Assembly: GCA_949283145.1 (NCBI GenBank)
Contig: CASDRL010000011.1
Coordinates: forward strand, 1,142 to 65,141
Length of the DNA stretch: 64,000 nt
Source of the DNA: an uncultured Clostridia bacterium
GTDB lineage: Bacteria > Bacillota > Clostridia > Christensenellales > CAG-917
Direction: 5' to 3'
In this document: positions 1 through 8,673 of the stretch, one piece after another
Layout: each line of letters starts with the position of its first letter
Numbering within the stretch: position 1 is the stretch's first letter
Program-made: the position numbers and the translations under genes
The notes under the pieces: generated by a model
Databases searched by the model: none
The model's input: the letters and a program-made list of their open reading frames with translations, nothing else
Told to the model about the DNA's origin: nothing

Positions 1-115
1 CAGCGACAAGATCAAAAGAGAGCTCGGATGGAAGCCCCGTTACGACACGTTGGAGGAGATCGTCGCCTCTGCGTGGAAGTGGCACAGCACCCATCCTCAC
101 GGGTTTGAGAAATGA
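1..115 (+). CDS. galE: UDP-glucose 4-epimerase, 3' fragment (gene starts upstream of the window)
   Basis: Frame open from the window edge to TGA 113-115. Translation SDKIKRELGWKPRYDTLEEIVASAWKWHSTHPHGFEK looks like the conserved GalE C-terminus. Confidence 0.7.
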   Translation, partial: SDKIKRELGWKPRYDTLEEIVASAWKWHSTHPHGFEK

Positions 116-456
116 GGGCGTGCGACCTTTGCGGCAAGCGCCCCGGCGTGCTCACAGACAGGACCGTCGTCAACAACGGCATGGTTGAGTTTCACTTTTG
201 CGAAGCGTGTTATGACGATATAAGGCGGTCCGGGCTGAGCACCCTCGAGGTGATGAGCCGCGTCGCGGCAAGGCTGGGGAAGGAGTGTCCCGTCTGCGGC
301 GCGACGGCGGAAGATTTTGCACACAATTTCGCTTTCGGGTGCCCCGAGTGTTACGATTCGATGCGCAAAGTCGCGCTGTCCGCCGCGTCCGCGGCGCAGG
401 GCGAGGGTGCGCGGCATATAGGCAAACGCCCCGACGGGAGAAGACGGAATGGCTGA
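112..456 (+). CDS. mcsA: McsA-like activator of protein arginine kinase (zinc-finger protein)
   Basis: 114 aa with several CxxC pairs (CDLCG, CEAC, CPVCG, CPEC). Sits directly upstream of mcsB and overlaps it. Its ATG overlaps the galE stop (ATGA). Confidence 0.75.
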   Translation: MRACDLCGKRPGVLTDRTVVNNGMVEFHFCEACYDDIRRSGLSTLEVMSRVAARLGKECPVCGATAEDFAHNFAFGCPECYDSMRKVALSAASAAQGEGARHIGKRPDGRRRNG

Positions 457-1474
457 CGACGCGCTTTCGCTCACGCGTTGCAATGTGATATCTTCCAGGG
501 TCAGGCTCGCCCGCAACGTGCGCGGGATGACTTTCCCCGGCGCACGGAGGAGGGAAGACCCGCGCGCTCTGTGCGCATTAGAAGAGGGCGCGGCACGAGC
601 GGCGAAAGGAGTGTTCGACGGCGAGTTCATGCGCATGCGCGACCTCGACGCCGTGCGGAAAAAGGCGCTTGTCGAGCGTCACCTCATCTCGCCGGCGCTT
701 GCTCGCAACACCGCGTCGGGCGCGGTCATCTTAGAGCGCAGCGAAGGCATTTCCGTCATGCTCAACGAGGAGGACAGAGTGCGCGAACAATGCGTGGAGA
801 CGGGGTTCGCGCTCCCTCGCGCTTATGAACGAATCTCCCGCTATGACGACAGCCTTCTTCGCGAACTTCCCGTGGCGTATGACAACGAGCTCGGTTTTCT
901 GACCGCGTGTCCCACCAATCTCGGCACGGGGATGCGCGCCTCCGTCATGCTCTTTCTGCCCGCGCTCAGGCTCGCGGGGGAGATAGAGCGGGAAATGACC
1001 CGTTTCATCCGCGAATACGGACTCACGGTGCGCGGTGTCTACGGCGAAGGCAGTAAGGCGCAGGGGGATATGTATCAGCTTTCCAACACCCGCACCCTGG
1101 GCGTTACGGAAACGGATATCATCCGTTCGGTGGAGCGCGCGGCGCTCGAGATATGCGCCGAGGAAAGAGCCGCGACAGAAGCGTTGGTCGGGCGCGCGGG
1201 GAGCGCTTTGTATGACAAAGCCGCCCGCAGCTACGGCATCATCACCAACGCGTACCGACTCACTTCCGCGGAACTCATGAACCTGATCTCGGATGTGAAG
1301 CTCGGCATAATATTGGACATACTGCCGCTTAAAGACACCAAAACGCTGGATAAACTGCTTGTTTGGTGTTCTGCGGCGAATCTCACCGCCGTCACGGGCG
1401 AATGTACCGCCGCGGAGAGAGACGAGCGTCGGGCGGCGATCGTGAAGAGTATTCTTCAAAAGGAGAAACCATGA
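449..1474 (+). CDS. mcsB: Protein arginine kinase (ATP:guanido phosphotransferase)
   Basis: 341 aa with the guanido-kinase signature CPTNLGTGMRASV. Located in the mcsA-mcsB-clpC context. Confidence 0.9.
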   Translation: MADDALSLTRCNVISSRVRLARNVRGMTFPGARRREDPRALCALEEGAARAAKGVFDGEFMRMRDLDAVRKKALVERHLISPALARNTASGAVILERSEGISVMLNEEDRVREQCVETGFALPRAYERISRYDDSLLRELPVAYDNELGFLTACPTNLGTGMRASVMLFLPALRLAGEIEREMTRFIREYGLTVRGVYGEGSKAQGDMYQLSNTRTLGVTETDIIRSVERAALEICAEERAATEALVGRAGSALYDKAARSYGIITNAYRLTSAELMNLISDVKLGIILDILPLKDTKTLDKLLVWCSAANLTAVTGECTAAERDERRAAIVKSILQKEKP

Positions 1475-4020
1475 ACTATTCTCAGAATTTTACGGGCGCG
1501 ATAGATAAAGCGGCAGGGCTTGCCGCAAGAACGGGCGGCTTGGTCTGCACCGAACACCTTCTTTACGGCATGGCGGCGCAGAGCGGCTGCAACGCGCAGA
1601 GGATGCTTGCGGCGGCGCACGTCGAGGCGGACGCCGTGCTTTCGCTGTTCACTCTCCGCGAGCCCGTTTCCAGAGTGGCGATGTCCACCAGGGCGAACCG
1701 CGCGGTGGCAAACGCGACCGCCGTGGCAAAGCAGACGGGAGCGGGCGCCGTCAATACGGAGCATCTGCTTTTCGCCGTACTTTACGACCGTGAGAGCGTG
1801 GCTGCCCAAGTGCTGGAAAAGCGTTGGGGCATCGACACCGAAGTCATGCGCGCAAAGCTGTGGCAGGAGATCACGGGCGAGGGCGAAGAGACAAGGGTGC
1901 GTCAGCAGAAGAGTCCCGACCTCGGCGACATCATAGACAGTTTCATAGGCAGCTTTTTCGGCGGGATGCAGGGCGGCAGCGGCGAAGGCGGCGAGGCTCG
2001 GACGGATTTCCCGCCCCGCCAGTCCGAGAGCGTCAAGCGTGAAGGCGGCGCGAAGGACAGTCTGCCCGAGGAGCTTGCACAGTTCGGCACCGACCTCACG
2101 GAAAAGGCGCGCAAGGGCGCCCTCGACCCCGTCATAGGACGAGGGAAGGAGATCGAGCGCATCATCCAGATCCTCTGCCGCAGAACGAAGAACAATCCCG
2201 TGCTCATCGGCGAACCGGGCGTGGGCAAGAGCGCCATCGTCGACGGGCTGGCGCAGGCTATCGTGGAGAAGAAGGTGCCGGACATCCTCATCGGCAAGAT
2301 AGTTTTCTCGCTGGACATCACTTCTATGGTGGCGGGGACGCGCTATCGCGGCGATTTCGAGGAGAGGCTGAAAAAAGCCATCGACGGCATAAAGCGTGCA
2401 GGCAACATCATCCTCTTCATCGACGAGATCCACATGATCCTCGGCACGGGTTCCACAAGCGAGGGCGGCATCGATGTCGCAAATGTGCTCAAACCCATGC
2501 TCGCGCGCGGCGAATTGCAGACCATCGGCGCGACGACCGTCGAGGAATACCGCAAATATTTCGAGAAGGACGCGGCGCTCGAACGCCGTTTCCAGCCCAT
2601 CATGGTGGAGCAGCCCAGCGTTTCGGACACCATCGAGATACTCCAAGGCCTCAAAGAAAAATACGAGCAGCACCACAAGGTGGAGATCACCGACGAGGCG
2701 ATCTCGGCGGCGGCGATCCTCTCCGACCGCTATATCACCGACCGTTTCCTTCCCGACAAAGCCATCGATCTCATAGACGAGGCGGCGAGCAGAAAGAAGA
2801 TCCTGAGTTTCACCACGCCGCCGGAGATCAGGAAGCTGGACGAGCGGATCAAGGAAGTGGAGCTCGCCAAGTCCGAAGCCGCGCGTCATGAGCAGTATGA
2901 GCGCGCGGACAAGCTCAAACACGAAAGGGACGCTCTTGTGGAGCAGAGAGAAAAGCTGCAAGCGGAGTGGGACAATCGCGCCAAAGACGAGAAACTTTCC
3001 ATCGGCGAGGACGAAGTGGCGGAGATCGTCGCCGAGTGGACGGGCATCCCCGTGAGAAAGATCACGGAAGGGGAGAGCGAAAAACTCCGTCATCTCGAGG
3101 AGATCCTGCACCGCCGCGTCATCGGACAGGAAGAGGCGGTGAGCGCCGTCGCCAAGGCGATAAAGCGCGCCCGCGCGGGGCTGAAAGACCCCAAGCGCCC
3201 CATCGGTTCATTCATCTTCCTCGGACCCACGGGCGTCGGGAAGACGGAACTCGCAAAGGCTCTCGCGGAGGCGATGTTCGGCGACGAGAACCTGCTCATC
3301 CGCGTGGATATGTCCGAATATATGGAGAAGCACAACGTCTCCAAACTGATAGGCTCCGCGCCCGGTTACGTCGGCTATGACGAAGGCGGCCAGCTCACCG
3401 AGAAGGTGCGCCGCAAGCCCTATTCCGTAGTCCTGTTCGACGAGGTGGAAAAGGCGCATCCGGAGGTGTTCAACATCCTTCTCCAGATCCTCGAAGACGG
3501 TAGGCTCACGGACAGCCACGGCAGGGTGGTCAGCTTCAAGAATACTATCGTGATCATGACTTCCAACATCGGCGCGCAGGAAGTGGGCAGGATGCGCGCA
3601 CCCCTCGGTTTCGGCACGGGTAACAGCCGCGAAGAGGCGGAATACGAGAGCATGAAAGAGAGGCAGATGGACGCCCTCAAAGAGGCGATGAAGCCGGAAC
3701 TCATCAACCGCATAGACGAGATCATTTTCTTCCACCGTCTCGGCAAGGAGGATCTCGAGAAGATCGCGGACATCATGTTCTCGGCCCTCGGCAAGAGATT
3801 GGAAGAGCACAACGTTTCCGTCTCCGTCGACAAAGCGGCGAAGGATCTCATTGTGAGCGAGGGCTACAACGAGGAGTACGGCGCAAGACCTCTCCGCCGC
3901 ACGATACAGCGGCTGGTGGAAGACAGACTGAGCGAGATGATCCTTGCCGGCACGATCACGGACGGCGACAGCGTGAACGTCACCGTCAAGGACGGAGAGC
4001 TCTCTTTCGAGAAGAAGTGA
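1471..4020 (+). CDS. clpC: ATP-dependent Clp protease ATP-binding subunit ClpC
   Basis: Track ORF 1363..4020 trimmed to ATG 1471 (AGGAGA upstream, ATGA overlap with the mcsB stop). Has Clp-N repeats, two Walker A motifs (GEPGVGKS, GPTGVGKT) and a UVR-like coiled coil between the AAA domains. Confidence 0.93.
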   Translation: MNYSQNFTGAIDKAAGLAARTGGLVCTEHLLYGMAAQSGCNAQRMLAAAHVEADAVLSLFTLREPVSRVAMSTRANRAVANATAVAKQTGAGAVNTEHLLFAVLYDRESVAAQVLEKRWGIDTEVMRAKLWQEITGEGEETRVRQQKSPDLGDIIDSFIGSFFGGMQGGSGEGGEARTDFPPRQSESVKREGGAKDSLPEELAQFGTDLTEKARKGALDPVIGRGKEIERIIQILCRRTKNNPVLIGEPGVGKSAIVDGLAQAIVEKKVPDILIGKIVFSLDITSMVAGTRYRGDFEERLKKAIDGIKRAGNIILFIDEIHMILGTGSTSEGGIDVANVLKPMLARGELQTIGATTVEEYRKYFEKDAALERRFQPIMVEQPSVSDTIEILQGLKEKYEQHHKVEITDEAISAAAILSDRYITDRFLPDKAIDLIDEAASRKKILSFTTPPEIRKLDERIKEVELAKSEAARHEQYERADKLKHERDALVEQREKLQAEWDNRAKDEKLSIGEDEVAEIVAEWTGIPVRKITEGESEKLRHLEEILHRRVIGQEEAVSAVAKAIKRARAGLKDPKRPIGSFIFLGPTGVGKTELAKALAEAMFGDENLLIRVDMSEYMEKHNVSKLIGSAPGYVGYDEGGQLTEKVRRKPYSVVLFDEVEKAHPEVFNILLQILEDGRLTDSHGRVVSFKNTIVIMTSNIGAQEVGRMRAPLGFGTGNSREEAEYESMKERQMDALKEAMKPELINRIDEIIFFHRLGKEDLEKIADIMFSALGKRLEEHNVSVSVDKAAKDLIVSEGYNEEYGARPLRRTIQRLVEDRLSEMILAGTITDGDSVNVTVKDGELSFEKK

Positions 4021-4128
4021 CGGTCTCCGCGCCGCGGCACTAAGTTGTACGACCCGCATGTTTAATGTGCAAAACGCGCGCATAAACGGCGGTTTCGGCG
4101 AAATGCCGGCAAAACGCCGGCAAAAAAA

Positions 4129-4153
4129 GAAAGCTCCCGCAAAGGGAGCTTTC
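4129..4153. terminator. Bidirectional intrinsic terminator between clpC and the convergent gene
   Basis: Hairpin gaaagctccc/gggagctttc with a 5-nt loop. An A-run precedes it (T-run on the minus strand) and cttttc follows. Confidence 0.6.
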
Positions 4154-4172
4154 GTGCTTTTCGGGTCGCTTG

Positions 4173-4631
4173 TCAGACGTTGCCGTCCGCGATGATGATG
4201 GCTTGGTCGAACATCCCGTTCACCACCGCGAGGACGAGGTCGAGGGATTCGGTCGCCTGGCGGTAAGCCGCGTTTTCGTCGAGGGGGAGCAGGACGGTAT
4301 ACTTGTGATAAGCCTGTCGGAGCCCTTTGTGCACCCCGATTGAGCCGCAGAGCAGAGTGAGGTTCATCTCATTGAACGCCGCGATCTCGCGGTCGAGTTT
4401 ATCGGCGTCGAGGCCGGAGGCGAATGTGGTGAAGAATTGCAGCAGAGTGCGCTCCTTCCCGCTCAGTTTAACGGGCACGGCGCAAATCTCCGCAAAGGCG
4501 CTGCCGCCCGCGCGCCCGAGGTTACTGAGCCTTGCTTTCAGGATGTCCGTCCCGCCTTGGTTGGTGATGAGGGTCTCGCGTCCGCTGTCTTCGAGCAGGA
4601 CGGAGAGATATTCCAGCACGCCTTCGGTCAT
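4173..4631 (-). CDS. Hypothetical cytoplasmic protein (possibly YbjN-like fold)
   Basis: Track ORF trimmed to ATG 4631, which has AAGGAG 6 nt upstream. 152 aa with no recognisable catalytic motif. Confidence 0.6.
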   Translation of the reverse strand: MTEGVLEYLSVLLEDSGRETLITNQGGTDILKARLSNLGRAGGSAFAEICAVPVKLSGKERTLLQFFTTFASGLDADKLDREIAAFNEMNLTLLCGSIGVHKGLRQAYHKYTVLLPLDENAAYRQATESLDLVLAVVNGMFDQAIIIADGNV

Positions 4632-4765
4632 CGCATTCTCCTTTTGTCGGGCACGGTCGAGCCGCATCCGACGTTCACTAAATCATTATACCATGCCGCA
4701 TGCCCGCGGTCAATACGCCGTTGACAGCGCGGGTGCATTGCCATATACTCAAAGCGGAGGGTGAT

Positions 4766-5671
4766 ATGGAACTCGTCAAGCTGACCTGCACCAATTGCGG
4801 CGCTCCTCTCGAAGAGAAGGACGGGATGCTTCACTGCGCCCACTGCGGCTGCGGCTATATCCGCGTGTGCGATCCGTCCGAGGGCTTCGACGCCGCCGCC
4901 ATGAGCATAGAGGAATTCGAACAGAAACTCGCGGACGCGAGCGTGCTTTTTGCCGTCAAAGGGGCGGATGGCACCGAGCTTTTCGACACGGACGCGGAAG
5001 TTGCCGCGAGCAAGTTGAGATACGCCTCGGAAAGGCTTGCCTCGGGCGATTTCGAAGGGGCGTACGAGGCGGTCTCGGGTCTCGGCGCGGACAGTTTTCA
5101 GGCGGAGCGTGTCAGGCTGCTCGCATCCATGCACGCACGGGACGAAGGAGAGCTCGCCGCTTATTGCGGCGACATCACCGCAGTGCCCCACTTCAAAGAG
5201 GTGCTCGCGCTCGCGGATGAGCGCGCCCGCGCGGCATATCTCAGGCTTGCGGACATCTGTGCCGCAGGTGCCGAAGCCTCCCGCAAAATAAAGAAGGGAA
5301 TGGGATTCGTCGACGCGCACGATGCGGAAAAGGCGGGTCTCTATGCCGCGGAGATGCTCCGAGCCTATCCGTTGCGGTCCGAGGCATGGGAACTCTCTGC
5401 CGCCGCGAAATGTCTCGCCGACGAGAAGTATGACCCCTCTTCCGACCTCGAATTTATGAAAAAATGTCCGGACTACAAATATGTCTTTGCGCCCGACACG
5501 GTTCACGCGCGGGCTCTTGCGCCCGTCGTGGCGGAGCGGCATGCCGCCTTTTCCGCCAAAAAGGACGTCCGTGCAAGGTTTTTCAACAAATACGTCATCG
5601 GACCTCTCGGCGCGATAGTGTTGGTGGGTATAGGCATAGCGCTGTGGAAGCTCATCGAGGCTTTGGGCTGA
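4766..5671 (+). CDS. Hypothetical zinc-ribbon protein with C-terminal transmembrane anchor
   Basis: Trimmed to ATG 4766 (GGAGG upstream). The N-terminus has CTNCG...CAHCGC; the C-terminus is hydrophobic (VIGPLGAIVLVGIGIALW). Confidence 0.6.
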   Translation: MELVKLTCTNCGAPLEEKDGMLHCAHCGCGYIRVCDPSEGFDAAAMSIEEFEQKLADASVLFAVKGADGTELFDTDAEVAASKLRYASERLASGDFEGAYEAVSGLGADSFQAERVRLLASMHARDEGELAAYCGDITAVPHFKEVLALADERARAAYLRLADICAAGAEASRKIKKGMGFVDAHDAEKAGLYAAEMLRAYPLRSEAWELSAAAKCLADEKYDPSSDLEFMKKCPDYKYVFAPDTVHARALAPVVAERHAAFSAKKDVRARFFNKYVIGPLGAIVLVGIGIALWKLIEALG

Positions 5672-5731
5672 CGAGAGAAGGCTCCGGAAGGCACGGATCA
5701 CAAGTTTAGAGGACTAATTGCGGCGTTTCGG

Positions 5732-5759
5732 TTGACTATGCCGGCGGAAGATTTATAAT
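5732..5759 (+). promoter_or_regulatory. Sigma-70-type promoter upstream of thrS
   Basis: TTGACT (5732-5737), 16-nt spacer, TATAAT (5754-5759). Confidence 0.5.
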
Positions 5760-5815
5760 AGTCCTTGCACAAAAAAGTACGGCCGTTCGTAGGGCCGATT
5801 GCAAAGGAGCTTTTT

Positions 5816-7753
5816 ATGATCATTACTCTCAAAGACGGCAGCAAAATGCAGCTCGAAGGCGCCATGACCGCCCTCGAAGTCGCAAAACACATCAGCGAAG
5901 GTCTCGCGCGTGCGGCGCTCGTTGCAAAGGCGGACGGAAAGTTCGTGTCCATGAACGAGGTCATTGACGGCGACTGCACCTTCGAAGTGTTCACCTTCAA
6001 GGACGAGGAGGGCAGACTTGCCTATCGTCACACCTGCTCGCACATCCTCGCGCAGGCGGTGAAGAACATCTATCCCACCGTGCAGCTTGCCATAGGCCCC
6101 GCGGTCAAGGACGGGTTCTATTACGATTTCGAGTTCAAGACCCCCATCACGCAGGCGGATTTCGACAAGATCGAAGCGGAGATGAAGAGCATCATCAAGG
6201 CGGATATGCCCATCGTGCGCAGCACCATGAGCCGCAAGGACGCCGAAAAGCTCATCAAAAAGATGAAGCAGAGCTACAAGATGGAGCTGCTTGCGGACAT
6301 CCCCGAGGGAGAGGAGATCTCCTTCTACACTCAGGGCGATTTCACCGATCTTTGCGCGGGTCCCCATCTCGCGTCCACGGGCAAGGTGAAGTGTTTCAAA
6401 CTCACCTCTCTCACGGGCGCTTATTGGCGCGGCAATGAGAAAAATAAGATGCTGACGCGCATATACGGCACCGCGTTCGACAAAAAGTCGGACATGGACG
6501 AGTATCTCCAGAAGCTCGAAGAGGCGAAAAAACGCGACCACAACAAGCTCGGCAGAGAGCTCGGCATCTTCATGACGGATGAGAACATCGGTCAGGGTCT
6601 CCCGCTCATCATGCCCAAGGGCGCGCGCATCATCCAGATCATGCAGCGCTTCGTCGAGGACGAGGAGCAGCGCCGCGGCTATCTGCTCACCAAGACCCCC
6701 ATAATGTCCAAGAACAACCTGTTCATCACCTCCGGACATTGGGATCACTATAAGGACAAGATGTTCTACATCGGCGAAGAGGACGTGGATGACGAGATCC
6801 TCTGCCTCCGTCCCATGACTTGTCCCTTCCAGTTCACCATCTACAAGAACGGGCTCAAGTCCTACCGCGACCTGCCCATCCGTTACGCCGAGACCGCCAT
6901 CGAGTTCCGCAAAGAGGCGAGCGGCGAGATGCACGGTCTCACCCGCATCCGTCAGTTCACCCTCGCAGACGGGCACATCGTCTGCACCCCCGAGCAGCTC
7001 GAGAGCGAGTTCGCGGGAGCGGTGGACCTCATCAAATTCATGCTCAAGACCTTCGACCTCGAGGGCGACGTCACCTACCGTTTCTCCCGTTGGGATCCCA
7101 AGAACGCGGACAAGTACGTCGGCAGCGCGGCGGATTGGGAGCGCAGCGAAGGCGCGATGAAGACCATCCTGGAAGACCTCGGCATCGAATATACCGAAGC
7201 GTGGGGCGAGGCGGCTTTCTACGGGCCCAAGCTCGATGTGCAGGGCACCAACGTCCACGGCAAGGAGGACACTCTCTTCACCGTCCAGCTCGACTTTGCG
7301 CTCGCGGAGCGTTTCGATATGATGTACATCGACGAGAACGGCGAAAAGGCGCGTCCGCTCATCATCCACCGCAGCTCCATCGGCTGCTATGAGCGCACCC
7401 TCGCAATGCTCATCGAGAAGTACAACGGTGCTTTCCCGATGTGGCTCGCGCCCGAACAGGTCAGAGTGCTTTCTCTCACCGACCGCACAGCGGACAACGC
7501 CAAGAAAGTCGCATCCGAGCTTACGGCGGCGGGACTGCGCGCCGAAGCGGACGTCCGCAGTGAAAAGCTAGGCAAAAAGATCCGCGAAGCGCAGCTCGAG
7601 AAAGTACCCTACGTCCTCGTCATCGGCGACAAAGAAGCCGAAGACGGCGTCGTCGCCGTCCGTCACCGCTCCGAAGGCGACCTCGGCACCATGACCGTCG
7701 CCGAGTTTATTGCCAAGGCTGCGGAGGAGGTTGCTTCCAAACTCCGCAAATAG
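5816..7753 (+). CDS. thrS: Threonine--tRNA ligase
   Basis: Trimmed to ATG 5816 (AAGGAG upstream). 645 aa with a TGS-like N-terminus, a class II core and an anticodon-binding C-terminus typical of ThrRS. Confidence 0.95.
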   Translation: MIITLKDGSKMQLEGAMTALEVAKHISEGLARAALVAKADGKFVSMNEVIDGDCTFEVFTFKDEEGRLAYRHTCSHILAQAVKNIYPTVQLAIGPAVKDGFYYDFEFKTPITQADFDKIEAEMKSIIKADMPIVRSTMSRKDAEKLIKKMKQSYKMELLADIPEGEEISFYTQGDFTDLCAGPHLASTGKVKCFKLTSLTGAYWRGNEKNKMLTRIYGTAFDKKSDMDEYLQKLEEAKKRDHNKLGRELGIFMTDENIGQGLPLIMPKGARIIQIMQRFVEDEEQRRGYLLTKTPIMSKNNLFITSGHWDHYKDKMFYIGEEDVDDEILCLRPMTCPFQFTIYKNGLKSYRDLPIRYAETAIEFRKEASGEMHGLTRIRQFTLADGHIVCTPEQLESEFAGAVDLIKFMLKTFDLEGDVTYRFSRWDPKNADKYVGSAADWERSEGAMKTILEDLGIEYTEAWGEAAFYGPKLDVQGTNVHGKEDTLFTVQLDFALAERFDMMYIDENGEKARPLIIHRSSIGCYERTLAMLIEKYNGAFPMWLAPEQVRVLSLTDRTADNAKKVASELTAAGLRAEADVRSEKLGKKIREAQLEKVPYVLVIGDKEAEDGVVAVRHRSEGDLGTMTVAEFIAKAAEEVASKLRK

Positions 7754-7879
7754 CTGAGGGCACTATTCGGCGAATAACTGCGTCAAAGGCACCCTTTCCT
7801 GCGGGTTACGTACGCCTAAGTACGCGCCCCTTGAAAAGGGTGCCTTTTCCTTGTTCTTCATCCGAATATTGCCCTCAGC
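7753..7879. repeat. Nested hairpin element H1, copy 1 (abuts the thrS stop codon)
   Basis: Outer stem gctgagggcactattcgg/ccgaatattgccctcagc pairs at 17 of 18 positions. Inner stem aaaggcaccctttc/gaaaagggtgcctttt (imperfect, one bulged a). Loop core gttacgtacgcctaagtacgcgcc at 7805-7828. Confidence 0.7.
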
Positions 7880-7981
7880 CCCGAGCGCGCTATTTTGCGT
7901 GATACTGCGTCAAAACCCCCGTCGTGGATGCTCACGTACGTCATTGTACGCTCCGGCGTCGCAATTCGCGCTAAACTGCAA

Positions 7982-8007
7982 GAAAGCCGCTTGAAAGAGC
8001 GGCTTTC
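7982..8007 (+). terminator. Terminator-like hairpin downstream of thrS
   Basis: gaaagccgc/gcggctttc 9-bp stem with an 8-nt loop, followed by catttg (weak T tract). Confidence 0.35.
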
Positions 8008-8167
8008 CATTTGCTGGCGCGCGATTGCTCCTTTTCCCCACAAAGCGTGCTCGCTATGACCCCACCGAAAATTCTTTCGGCGGGGATCCCACACTGCGCC
8101 ACTTTGCGGGGACCCCGATGGAGGGGGCTTTTCCTTGTCTGACGCTAAAATATCGCCGTCAGCGAAT

Positions 8168-8673
8168 GGGGCGCTTTCGCGTTCTGCATCCAAATATCGC
8201 GCTCAGCGAATTAGCGTTCGTGCGGGCGTCTCCGAGAACGACGGCTCTCTTTCGGAGACGGAACAACGCGCCGCTCAGCCAAACTTGCACAGCGGGCGCT
8301 TGCGCCTGCTCTTGCAAGTCGCGGCGCGCTATCTGAGTGCCGAGCGCTGGCGTAACATTAAGTAGGCACGGGCGTCGTGCGCGAGCGCCGAATTCCTCCG
8401 CCCGTGCCGGGTTTTCAGTGAGTTCTGTTCGCCGCTCGATTATGTTAGTGCGAGACACAAACTTTTTTTCAAAAGGCGGAAAGAAAGTTCCGCATTGTAG
8501 GAGGAGGGAAGCCCTGTCGGACACGGGGGAGGAAAGCCCGAATGGGGCTCCCCGCAAAATGCATGCATTTTGTGGGGTCCCCGGGTTGGAGGGGGAAATC
8601 AAGATAACCCGCGAGACGAACAGCTCATTCGAAGCGTGTTTGAACACGACGTACAGCTCGATAGAACGTCCCC
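8168..8673. repeat. Collinear non-coding module, copy 1 (conserved blocks d-e-f-g-h)
   Basis: Blocks at 8168-8195, 8267-8329, 8357-8372, 8525-8542 and 8613-8673 recur in the same order at 18638-19287. No credible ORF. Confidence 0.7.

Noticed and set aside
1456-3111. 551-aa ORF antisense to clpC. Similar long antisense or alternative-frame ORFs include 5753..7369, 10635..12140, 12842..14179, 26602..28647, 28569..31013, 35708..37309, 37467..39521, 51447..52754 and 53987..55522.
   Set aside because: They lie entirely inside well-supported conserved genes on the other strand. They have R/A/G/H-rich low-complexity translations with no recognisable motifs or RBS. This is typical stop-codon depletion in >60% GC DNA.
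8525-8542. GGGGGAGGAAAGCCCGAA (also at 19120-19137) resembles the RNase P RNA P4 strand GAGGAAAGUCCGGGC. Nearby GGGGGAAA and AGAACGTCCC strings also echo RNase P.
   Set aside because: I could not find the complementary P4 3' strand (...GGCUUA context). The conserved U is a C, there are two copies, and the remaining universally conserved RNase P elements are not visible. It is treated as part of the repeat module, to be settled by a covariance-model scan.
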